DNA from: Planctomycetota bacterium
Lineage (GTDB): Bacteria; Planctomycetota; Brocadiia; JAADGH01
NCBI GenBank assembly: GCA_040755855.1
Contig: JBFMAD010000008.1
Location: forward strand, 96,001-160,000
Reading direction: 5' to 3'
DNA length: 64,000 nt
Made by a program: the position numbers and the translations under genes. The notes under the pieces are model-generated. The model did no database searches. It worked only from the letters and a program-made list of their open reading frames with translations, and had not been told where the DNA came from. Every line of letters starts with the position of its first letter. The first letter of the stretch is position 1. This document shows, one piece after another, positions 54,753-63,223 of the stretch.

Positions 54753-57662
54753 CTATTGCTTCTTAATGATCCCTTTCCCGCCGACGCGAACCGATCCCGC
54801 AATTGTCATGCAGTCCAACACACCCCCGTCCGCCCCTCGGCGCACGACGGCCACCTGCGCGGTGGATTCGACGTCGCCGGACTTTACCGGGCCGTCGCCC
54901 GTCCGCCAGAGGACCAGATCGGTCCACCCCTCCCCCGCCACCGCGACGGCAAACCCACCCGCCGCCGCCTTAGAGACCGTCGGGAGGGATTTCTCGTCCT
55001 TCGCGCGGTAGGGGAGAAGAACTGTGACGAATCTGATGTCGCGCGCCTTGCCCGAGGGACTCGCCGTGAAGTGCCACTGGTTCGGCGAGTCTGGCTTTTC
55101 CGGCGGCACGTCGAATTTATCCGTTTGCGAGAATTTCATACCGGTCGGTTCGAGAAACTCCACGCGCAGCCGCGCGTCGCCCTCGCGGATCGTCACCACC
55201 GCCGCCTCTTCGTCGCAGGACATCTCGTGCAGCGCGTGGAGCCGCCACTGGTAGTCCGACTCCTTCGCGCTGCAAAGGTCGTCAAAGATCACGAAGTAAT
55301 GCGGCCGGGCGAAGATGATGTGCCTCTCGAATTTTTCCAGTCGCCCCTCGTACGCCGCCGTCGCGTCGCCGCAGGCGTAGGAGAACTTGTCGCTGTCGAA
55401 GAAGTCCTTGATGAAGCCGTTGCACGTGATGTCGCGCTTCTTCTGGCCCTGTCCGTCCACGGTGATGGCGCAGTGGGCCTTCGTCTCGCGCGTCCAACCG
55501 TCGTGGTGTGGGCAGCCGTAGCGCTGGTAGTAACCCGAGCTGATGGCCAGCGGCTCGCCGAAGGCGTTCAGGATGAAGGCGTTCTGGCAGGCGTGGCTGT
55601 GGCTGATCGCCCCATAGGGGCTGCTCTTGAGCATGAGAAAGACCTCGTTCTTCGGGTCGGCCAGGTTTGAGTGCATGGCCACCCAGCCGATGTGGGGGAA
55701 GCAGCGCGACTGCGGCAGGTCGGTGGGCGGCTTGGCCGCGAGCGTCGGATCGAAGGCGGCGAAGCCGCGATACCCCGCGCCCGGGCCGGAGTCCATCACG
55801 TCGGCATACCATCGGAAGTAGGGATTACGGAAGAGCGTGGACAGGGCGTAGAGCATGTGGCCGTAGCCCTTATTAACGGGGCCTTCATGTCCATCGCCGT
55901 AGGGATGGACCTTGCTGAAGGGCGGGGCGCAGTAGAGGCCGAAGTAGCCCGTGTTCTGGATGAAGGGTTTGTCCTTGAAGGGCACGCCGATGTCGTTGAG
56001 CACGTAGATGTAGTCGGTCATCCTCGACATGTAGCCTCCCCAGTAGCCGACGCCCTCCGCCCAGCCGCCGTCGTCGCCTCCCCAGGCGGGATAGACGCTC
56101 CAGAGGATGTCGAAGTAGTAGTCGAGTATCTCCGGTACCTCCTCGAACTCATGGGCGAAGATCACGCAGCCTTCGGTCATGAACCCGATCATACGTCCCG
56201 CGTGGCTCTCATAGGGATTGCTTTGGAACGGCCGACGGCGGTGGAGTTGATGCATCTGGTTGAACCGTTTACGGAGCATGTCCGACGCCTGCTTCCGCTC
56301 GGCGGGGGACATCATGTCGTGGAGCCAGTCATAGACCCGCGGGCCGATCATCATGATATCCATGGCCGCCTCGTCGTTGTTGCGCACGCTGGTCGGGCCT
56401 TCGACGTCCCAGGTGGAGTAGTGCAGCAGGCGCTTCTTCGCCTCCTCGCCGTACTTCCGTTCGCCCGTCACGAGATACGCCAGGGCGCAGGTCTGCATGT
56501 TTCCTGTGTAGGGACGCATGTCCTTGAAGGATTGCAGGTAGGCCTTGCTCCGCTCCTGCGCATCGTCCTTCGGCAGGAACTTCGGCTCCGGGAACAGGGG
56601 TTCATTTTTCTTGAGCACGCCCTCCGCCCCGCGGACGATCTCATCCACCAGGGGCTTGTAGGTGGTCTCGCGCTCGGCGCGAACCTTCTTCAGGCGGTCG
56701 CCGAAGAGATAGACCCGCGGGTGGTCCTTTGGGATCCGCTTCATCACATCCTCGACTACGGGCCGGGGATAGGCGACGGCGTCCTCGGGTATCTCGAAGG
56801 AGCGCGTCTTTCCAACGATGATGTCGCCGTCGCCTTCGTATCCATATCGCCATGCCCACTTGCCCGGCTTGAGCGTCGTCCGGGGAATCCATTGGTTCAT
56901 TGTGACGGAGCGGACCGTCACGCAGTCGGGGGCATCGAACCGCCCCTCCGGGGCGTACTGGACGATATACGACTGGATGTTCGGGTCGGGGACCCAGACG
57001 AAGGCCGGGGGATTGACGGAGGTCCGGCTCCCGTCGGCCGGGCGGTAGCCGATCTGGTTCGGCTGCGGCGGCTGGTCGAGGCGCTGGGCGGCGACGCGGC
57101 GGAGTTCTTCCTTTGAGGCTTCATGTGTGTTCATGTCATTCCACCATACGGTTCCGGGTTCGAAAAAGTTGAATAGTTCGACGCAGACGCCCTTCGTCCC
57201 TTGGGGAACGGGCGCGACGATCTCGAAGGCCGTCCATTCGTTCGAGGGCATCAGGGGAAAACTCTTGTCGGAGATGAGGTCCCATTTCCTGGGGTCTTTC
57301 AGGAAATCCACGCGGATGCACGCCCCGCGCTGCGCCTTCGGGCCTATTCCCTCGGTACGATACCAGCCGGCGATGGCGAGGGCCTTCGCCGGGCCGGGGG
57401 CGATGGACTGCCGCCACGAGCCGCGCTCCTTCTCGGTCTTGCATTGAATGCCCAGGGCCATACCGCCCGCGCGGTCGCACTTCGCATGGACGGGCTTGCC
57501 GCCGGTCTTGTAGTCGGAGTACTCCCACTCGGCGGGAACGCCCTTCGGGTCCAATGTATCAAAGGTGGGGTTGCGAAAGAGATTGGGCGGCGGCTGGGCG
57601 TGGGAGGATGCGGCGGATAGAATCGCAAGAACTATGACGGAGAGGAAAATCGTTCTCATCAT
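54753..57662 (-). CDS. Heparinase II/III-like polysaccharide lyase with N-terminal CBM-like and DUF4962-like domains
   Basis: HPRVY, DGGWAEG..YW, SSPYG.ISHSHACQNAF, SSGYY; signal peptide. Confidence 0.82.
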   Translation of the reverse strand: MMRTIFLSVIVLAILSAASSHAQPPPNLFRNPTFDTLDPKGVPAEWEYSDYKTGGKPVHAKCDRAGGMALGIQCKTEKERGSWRQSIAPGPAKALAIAGWYRTEGIGPKAQRGACIRVDFLKDPRKWDLISDKSFPLMPSNEWTAFEIVAPVPQGTKGVCVELFNFFEPGTVWWNDMNTHEASKEELRRVAAQRLDQPPQPNQIGYRPADGSRTSVNPPAFVWVPDPNIQSYIVQYAPEGRFDAPDCVTVRSVTMNQWIPRTTLKPGKWAWRYGYEGDGDIIVGKTRSFEIPEDAVAYPRPVVEDVMKRIPKDHPRVYLFGDRLKKVRAERETTYKPLVDEIVRGAEGVLKKNEPLFPEPKFLPKDDAQERSKAYLQSFKDMRPYTGNMQTCALAYLVTGERKYGEEAKKRLLHYSTWDVEGPTSVRNNDEAAMDIMMIGPRVYDWLHDMMSPAERKQASDMLRKRFNQMHQLHRRRPFQSNPYESHAGRMIGFMTEGCVIFAHEFEEVPEILDYYFDILWSVYPAWGGDDGGWAEGVGYWGGYMSRMTDYIYVLNDIGVPFKDKPFIQNTGYFGLYCAPPFSKVHPYGDGHEGPVNKGYGHMLYALSTLFRNPYFRWYADVMDSGPGAGYRGFAAFDPTLAAKPPTDLPQSRCFPHIGWVAMHSNLADPKNEVFLMLKSSPYGAISHSHACQNAFILNAFGEPLAISSGYYQRYGCPHHDGWTRETKAHCAITVDGQGQKKRDITCNGFIKDFFDSDKFSYACGDATAAYEGRLEKFERHIIFARPHYFVIFDDLCSAKESDYQWRLHALHEMSCDEEAAVVTIREGDARLRVEFLEPTGMKFSQTDKFDVPPEKPDSPNQWHFTASPSGKARDIRFVTVLLPYRAKDEKSLPTVSKAAAGGFAVAVAGEGWTDLVLWRTGDGPVKSGDVESTAQVAVVRRGADGGVLDCMTIAGSVRVGGKGIIKKQ

Positions 57663-57765
57663 GTTCCTCCAGTTTTGTCGGGACTCCTTCATTGCTCACT
57701 ACAATAGCGATCTCCATTTGCCAAGTCAATGGCAACTTGCTACAATAGTCGGCGATATAAGTCTC

Positions 57766-57798
57766 AACCTCCCGGAGGTTCCAAACCTTCGGGAGGTT
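57766..57798. repeat. AACCTCCCGGAGGTT double-palindrome repeat, copy 3
   Basis: AACCTCCCGGAGGTT-CCA-AACCTTCGGGAGGTT (1 mismatch). Confidence 0.85.
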
Positions 57799-57822
57799 AA
57801 TGGTGCACTAAGGGAGAATGGG

Positions 57823-59559
57823 ATGCGATGCCTAACGGTTATCTGCCTTGCTTTCTTGTCCACCAGTCTAATCGGAGAACACAGGGCGATGGGCGATGAA
57901 TGGGACCCCCGGGAAAAGTTCTTGAAGCGTCTTGTCGAATGCGTGCCTGGAATCCTCAAGACCCAGGACAAGGCCACGGGCCGCTTCGGAAGCCAGCCGT
58001 GGATCTGCCGCGACCAGCAGGTCATCTTCCCCCTGGCCGCCGCGTGGGCAATCGAGGAGAAAACGAACCCCTACTACCACAGCCCCGATATCCTCGACGC
58101 GATCATGAAGGGCGGCGACTACCTGATCGAGCAGCAGGACGAGAACGGGATGTGGACCTTCCGCAAGAAGGACAATTCCACCTGGGGCCAGACCTACATG
58201 CCCTGGACCTACAGCCGATGGATTCGCGCCTTCTATCTCATCAAGGACGCCATGCCGCCCGACCGGCGAGCGCGGTGGGAGAAGGCCCTGCGGTTCGGCT
58301 ACGAAGGCATCTCGAAGAAATGCCTCAACAGCATGCACAACATCCCAACCCATCACGCGATGGGCCTCTACTTCGCGGGGATGTGCTTCAACCGCGAGGA
58401 CTGGAAGACCCAGGCCAAGGAGTTCATGGCCAAGGTCGTTGCGGCGCAGAACCCCGGCGGTTGGTGGTCGGAGCATTCCGGGCCGGTCGTCCTCTACAAC
58501 TTCGTCTATAGCGATGGGCTCGGCACATACTACGCTGCGTCCCGTGATGAGACCGTTAGGGACGCGCTGCGCCGGTCGGCGGTCTTTCATGCCGCGCTGA
58601 CCTACCCCGATGGCAGCCCGGTCGAAACAGTGGATGAGCGCAACTGGTATCACAAAGAGATCCGCGAGGGGAACGTCGGCTTCTCCGTTACGCCCGAAGG
58701 CCGGGGATATCTCCTGCACCAGTTTGAGTTGTCCAAGTGGCATGTAGACGCGGACTCTGCGGCCAGCTTCCTTCTGTATGGGCAGACCGGCGAGACCGCG
58801 CCTATCGCCGCCGACCAGGCCGAGAACCTCACGGTGATCGGGAAGAACGAGGCGCTGGTCTTCCGCAAGAAGCCCTGGTTCGTCTGCCTTTCCGCCTTCG
58901 TTTGCGAACCCAGCACGAGCCGATGGATTCAGGACCGGCAAAACTTCGTCAGCATCTACCACGATGACGCCGGCCTCATCGGCGGCGGGGGGAACACGAA
59001 GCTCCAGCCCTTCTGGAGCAACTTCACTGTCGGCGACACGTCGCTACTCACGCACACCCCGGGTGACGAGAATCCCGACTTTAAGCCGAAGGGGGACCTT
59101 GTCCATGTGCCATCCGCCGCCACGCTGCGGCCTGACAAGACGGCCCCCGGACTTGACCTGAAGTACGGCGCGGAGGACTGTCGGATAGCCATTCAACCCA
59201 AGTCTGACAAAGAACTTACGATCACCTGCGAGGCCACGTCGAACACGGAAAAATCGGTCGAAGGGCACATCACGTTCATCCCGCATCTGAACGGCAACGT
59301 CAAGTGCGCATCGGGCAAGACCATCAAACTGGGCAAGGAGGCGTTTGAGTGGCAGGCTGCTGAGATCGGCGCATGGGTGGAGCACTGCGGCTGGCGCGCG
59401 TCGGTCCCGCCGGGGGCGCGGCTCGTCTGGCCGAAGATGCTGCACAATCCCTACAAGAAGGACGGCAGCAGCAGTCTGAACGAGGCTCGAATGGTGATGC
59501 GCCTGCCGTTCTCGAAGGACACATCGAGATACGAGATTACCCTGGAGATTGTAAAATGA
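57823..59559 (+). CDS. Exported hypothetical protein (probable alpha/alpha toroid + beta-sandwich)
   Basis: Signal peptide; HNIP.HH, Q...G.W.EH.GP..YN; promoter TTGCCA-N17-TACAAT at 57718-57746. Confidence 0.7.
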   Translation: MRCLTVICLAFLSTSLIGEHRAMGDEWDPREKFLKRLVECVPGILKTQDKATGRFGSQPWICRDQQVIFPLAAAWAIEEKTNPYYHSPDILDAIMKGGDYLIEQQDENGMWTFRKKDNSTWGQTYMPWTYSRWIRAFYLIKDAMPPDRRARWEKALRFGYEGISKKCLNSMHNIPTHHAMGLYFAGMCFNREDWKTQAKEFMAKVVAAQNPGGWWSEHSGPVVLYNFVYSDGLGTYYAASRDETVRDALRRSAVFHAALTYPDGSPVETVDERNWYHKEIREGNVGFSVTPEGRGYLLHQFELSKWHVDADSAASFLLYGQTGETAPIAADQAENLTVIGKNEALVFRKKPWFVCLSAFVCEPSTSRWIQDRQNFVSIYHDDAGLIGGGGNTKLQPFWSNFTVGDTSLLTHTPGDENPDFKPKGDLVHVPSAATLRPDKTAPGLDLKYGAEDCRIAIQPKSDKELTITCEATSNTEKSVEGHITFIPHLNGNVKCASGKTIKLGKEAFEWQAAEIGAWVEHCGWRASVPPGARLVWPKMLHNPYKKDGSSSLNEARMVMRLPFSKDTSRYEITLEIVK

Positions 59560-59573
59560 AAGGAGGAACAGTC

Positions 59574-60143
59574 ATGGCGAAGAAGATCGTTGCGTTTATC
59601 GGCAGCCCCCGCAAGAAGGGCAACACGGATACGCTCGTGACCGAATTGCTGGCGGCTGCGGAAAAGGCAGGGGCGACGACGGAAAAAATCTACCTCAGCG
59701 ATCTGAACATCAAGCCGTGCAACGCCTGTGACTCGTGCCACAAGAAGGACCCGCCGCAGTGCGTCATCAGCGACGACGACTTCGCGGCGACCGCCGATAA
59801 GATGAAGGCGGCGGATGTCGTCGTCTTCGGCACGCCTGTTTATTGGTGGACTGTCTCGTCGCAGTGCAAGCCTTTCATGGACAGGTGGTACGGCCTGCTC
59901 GATTCCAAGTGGAACTCGCCGTTCAAGGGAAAGTCCGCCGCGGTCGTCGTCTGCTGCCAGGACTCCGGCACGAAGGCCATGACCGATCCGATCGTCCACA
60001 CCTTCCGCGAGTCGTTCAGCTTCCTCGGCATTGATCTCGTGGACACGGTGACGGCCACCGCCCATGCGAAGGGGGAAGTGGCGGAGAACAAAAAGGCGAT
60101 GGCGAAGGCCGCGGAGGTGGGGCGCAAGCTGGCGGCGCTGTAA
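59574..60143 (+). CDS. Iron-sulfur flavoprotein / NADPH-dependent FMN reductase (flavodoxin fold)
   Basis: GSPRKKGNT, CNACDSC..C, GTPVYW, FMDR; RBS AAAGGAGG. Confidence 0.9.
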   Translation: MAKKIVAFIGSPRKKGNTDTLVTELLAAAEKAGATTEKIYLSDLNIKPCNACDSCHKKDPPQCVISDDDFAATADKMKAADVVVFGTPVYWWTVSSQCKPFMDRWYGLLDSKWNSPFKGKSAAVVVCCQDSGTKAMTDPIVHTFRESFSFLGIDLVDTVTATAHAKGEVAENKKAMAKAAEVGRKLAAL

Positions 60144-60159
60144 ACAAAGGAGCGGAGTC

Positions 60160-61197
60160 TTGCAAACAAGAAAAATCGGACGAACGAACATCGAGGTCCC
60201 CGTCCTCGGTCTGGGCGGCATCCCCCTGCGGCAGCGGGGCGTGGAGGACGGCGCGCAGGTCGTCGCCGCCGCGTTCGATAAGGGCATCAAGTTTATTGAC
60301 ACAGCCCGCGGCTACGAGACGGAGCCGACCTTTGGCGCCGTCCTGAAGGACCGCCGCGACAGGGACGGCATCATCGTCGCCACCAAGTCTCCCGCCAAGG
60401 CCGCCGACAAGATGCGCGCGGACCTGGAGACGAGCCTGCGAGAATTGCAAGTCAACATGATTGACATATACCAATGCCACGCCGTAAATAATGACCAGAC
60501 CTATGAGCAGGTCATGGGCCCGGACGGCGCGCTGAGCGCGTTGCAGAAGGCACGCGACGAGGGGTTGATCCGCTTCATCGGACTCACGAGCCACCGCTAC
60601 GACATCCTGGTGAAGGGCATGAAGAGCGGCGAGTTCGACACGATCATGGTGCAGCACAGCTTCGTTGACTATGAGGCCGAGACAAAGATTTTCACGATTG
60701 CGAATGATCTGAACATCGGAGTTCTCGTCATGAAGGCGATGGCCGGGGGCGTGATTGACCGGCCCGGTCCGGCGCTGCGGTACGTGATGCAGTTCCCCGT
60801 CTCGGCGATTCCCGTAGGCATGTCCAAGGTCGCCGAGGTGGAGGAGAACGTCGCCATCATGGAGGGCGACCTGACGCTGACCGACGAGGACCGCGCCTAC
60901 ATCGAGAAGACAAAGAAGGAGAACGAGGGCCAGTTCTGCCGGCGGTGCGGATACTGCATGCCGTGCCCGGAGAAGATCACGATCCCGATGGTCATGTCGT
61001 TCGATAGCGTCTATAAGCGCTTCGGCTGGCAGGACAACTTCCTCCAGTGGGCCGAGCGCGCGGCGGCGTGCAAGGAGTGCGGCGAGTGCGAGGAGAAGTG
61101 CCCCTATGAACTTCCCATCCGCGAGATTTTGCCCAAGCGCGTGGCGACGATTCGCGAGGCGGCGCGGAAGGCGGGGAAGGCAATTCCCTCGGACTGA
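60160..61197 (+). CDS. Aldo/keto reductase with C-terminal 4Fe-4S dicluster
   Basis: LGLGG, IDTARGY, ATK, IDIYQCH, CRRCGYCMPCP, CKECGECEEKCP. Confidence 0.92.
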   Translation: MQTRKIGRTNIEVPVLGLGGIPLRQRGVEDGAQVVAAAFDKGIKFIDTARGYETEPTFGAVLKDRRDRDGIIVATKSPAKAADKMRADLETSLRELQVNMIDIYQCHAVNNDQTYEQVMGPDGALSALQKARDEGLIRFIGLTSHRYDILVKGMKSGEFDTIMVQHSFVDYEAETKIFTIANDLNIGVLVMKAMAGGVIDRPGPALRYVMQFPVSAIPVGMSKVAEVEENVAIMEGDLTLTDEDRAYIEKTKKENEGQFCRRCGYCMPCPEKITIPMVMSFDSVYKRFGWQDNFLQWAERAAACKECGECEEKCPYELPIREILPKRVATIREAARKAGKAIPSD

Positions 61198-61260
61198 TCG
61201 GCGGGCGCGGGGATGAATATGCGCATTGCTCCCTCATGTAAAATGTGATAAAATATGGTC

Positions 61261-61314
61261 ATGGAACAAAGCATTTACATCGAGACAACGATTCCGAGCA
61301 GATTGGCAGAATGA
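61261..61314 (+). pseudogene. Remnant of PIN-domain toxin gene (17 codons)
   Basis: MEQSIYIETTIPS resembles the N-terminus of VYIETTIPS-type PIN proteins, then RLAE-stop; promoter TTGCTC-N17-TAAAAT upstream. Confidence 0.65.
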
Positions 61315-61318
61315 CACG

Positions 61319-61513
61319 ATGACAACGGACTCTTTGATTCAAGAAGTGCGGACGGCCCGCCATCAGATTTCCGAGGAATGCGGCCACGATATCTGGAAAA
61401 TCTATGCCCGGTACGACGCCTTGCAGCAGGAAATGAAGGCCGAAGGAAAACACAGATTCGTAGATGCGCCCGCCCCGATCGGCCATCAAGAGATAACTCA
61501 CAAGGCAAAGTGA
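61319..61513 (+). CDS. Small helical protein, likely partner/antitoxin of the PIN remnant
   Basis: 64 aa MTTDSLIQEVRTARHQISEECGHDI, resembling D.I..EVR..R..IS..C.HD proteins found downstream of such PIN genes. Confidence 0.65.
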   Translation: MTTDSLIQEVRTARHQISEECGHDIWKIYARYDALQQEMKAEGKHRFVDAPAPIGHQEITHKAK

Positions 61514-61626
61514 CGGGACGACCGTGGGGGGATGAGGAGTTCGCAGCGAAGGTGGAGAGGCTGACGGGAGGCGACCTGAGCAAGGGAAGGCCAGATCGCC
61601 CCCGCAAGCCCCGGATAAATCAGTGA
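61510..61626 (+). pseudogene. C-terminal fragment of a RAYT/Y1 transposase
   Basis: TGRPWGDEEFAAKVERLTGGDLSKGRPDRPRK resembles the GRP.G...F...E...G......GRP.K tail of this family. Confidence 0.6.
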
Positions 61627-61736
61627 TATGTCCCCGGAATAACCCGCAAAGTAAAGTAACCGGTGGCCGACAGGCAAATCTGCACAAATACCGTCTGTCC
61701 CTAATTCCCCTAATTCCCCAGACAACCACGATGGTC

Positions 61737-62681
61737 TCAGCTAAAGGTCCTCGTAGGATCACCTGCACCAGAGTAGGAGACCCACGATATGAACAGGAAA
61801 AGACAGGAGAACCCCGACCATGCTATCAGCACATAAAGGAACTCCTTCGGGTCTTTTAGCTCCCCGAAATTGACGGCCGTGTGATAGCGCTCCCAGAAAG
61901 ACAATGGTCCGCTATCTATCGACACATTCACCGTGTCGCTTATGAGGCCCTTGTGGGCACAGAAATGGATGCCAACCGAATCGGGGAATGGCAGTTTCTT
62001 GACTTCGTCAATCGGAGCATAGTCTGGATACTCAAAGTCGACTTGAACCACAAGGGGTACTTCCTCTCCTGACAATCCACCAGTCGAGGGTAGTTCGAGC
62101 GTTGTTTGAACGATTACCGGTTCATGTTTCTTCTTTAGCTGTTCGCCCCAATTGCCACCCACGGGTTGCTGGATCGTGTCCCAGTTAATCCCCTTGTTTT
62201 TCTGCGAAGGGCTCAACTGGGGAAGAAACTTGCAGTTGCCCCGATACTTGCCCTCGAAAGATTCAATGCCGGTGCCAATACTCAGATAGACAAGGCCACC
62301 AGGCCGAAACCACCCCCTGGTTCTGGTAGTCTTAGTCGATGGCCCACTACGGACAATCGAGAGATAGCAGACTCCCTGGGCCAACGTCAGCAGCAGCAAA
62401 ACACTCGATACTATCGCAAATAGGATTACCAAGGCGAGCTTGACTCTGCTTCTCGGTCTTCGCTTCTCCTTGGCGGGAGATGCAGGGACGTTGGGTTGTG
62501 GCGACGAAGGCATCTGGTGGAACGACCCGCTCCCAGGCACGGCCACCGTCTTCGGTGCTCGGACGTTCCGCTGGCAGTAAGGACATAGCACGTCGGTGCC
62601 GAGAAGATTCCTGGCTAAGCTAACGCGCTGGCCGCAATTGGGACAGCGAAACTGGAGTTTCGGAAGCTGCCGCGACACCAT
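61737..62681 (-). CDS. Hypothetical membrane protein with N-terminal zinc ribbon
   Basis: CPNC..CPYC, Pro-rich linker, two TM helices; lower GC. Confidence 0.7.
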   Translation of the reverse strand: MVSRQLPKLQFRCPNCGQRVSLARNLLGTDVLCPYCQRNVRAPKTVAVPGSGSFHQMPSSPQPNVPASPAKEKRRPRSRVKLALVILFAIVSSVLLLLTLAQGVCYLSIVRSGPSTKTTRTRGWFRPGGLVYLSIGTGIESFEGKYRGNCKFLPQLSPSQKNKGINWDTIQQPVGGNWGEQLKKKHEPVIVQTTLELPSTGGLSGEEVPLVVQVDFEYPDYAPIDEVKKLPFPDSVGIHFCAHKGLISDTVNVSIDSGPLSFWERYHTAVNFGELKDPKEFLYVLIAWSGFSCLFLFISWVSYSGAGDPTRTFS

Positions 62682-63015
62682 ACTTGTGTCCTCTCCCGAT
62701 ACCATGCCGGTACCTGACAGCCTGCTCTCGCGATTGAGTAGCTGGGCAAGCCCAACAAAACATTAAGCACTCGGAGCAAGAGAATTATACCTCGCGTTTG
62801 CGCAGACACAAGAAGAAAAGCCCTGAGAAACCAGGACTCCCGGTATATGAGGACAGACGGTAGTTTTGGAGCTTGTTTTTCTTTGCGCGTGGTGGTTTGG
62901 ATACATGCACAGGTCCTCTCTTGCCCTCCGCTTCATGGCGTCATGGTGATTGAAGTGTACCCCATGGGACGGGGGCTGTCAAGAACAGGACGACGACAAT
63001 CCAAACCATTGCTCC

Positions 63016-63219
63016 TCCCGAATTATTCACAAACAAGGTCTGGATTGTTGCAACCGCAACGGAGACACGTCATTGCGAGGAGGCCCGTTCTTACGGGCCG
63101 ACGAAGCAATCTCGTCGTTCGTGACGCCACCGAGCGCATGAGATTGCTTCGTCCCGCGAAGCGCGGGACTCGCAATGACAAGGCCCCGCGTCCGCGCGGG
63201 ATTCGTGAATAATTCGGGA
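63016..63219. mobile_element. 204-bp MITE with 15-bp perfect terminal inverted repeats
   Basis: TCCCGAATTATTCAC...GTGAATAATTCGGGA enclosing a GTCATTGCGAG...CTCGCAATGAC palindrome (63069-63179). Confidence 0.75.
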
Positions 63220-63223
63220 TAGG

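Noticed and set aside
23925..57798. CRISPR array from the 33-bp repeats
   Set aside because: Copies are dispersed, not regularly spaced with spacers; no cas genes
62847..63212. 121-aa ORF
   Set aside because: Runs through the MITE palindrome; likely spurious
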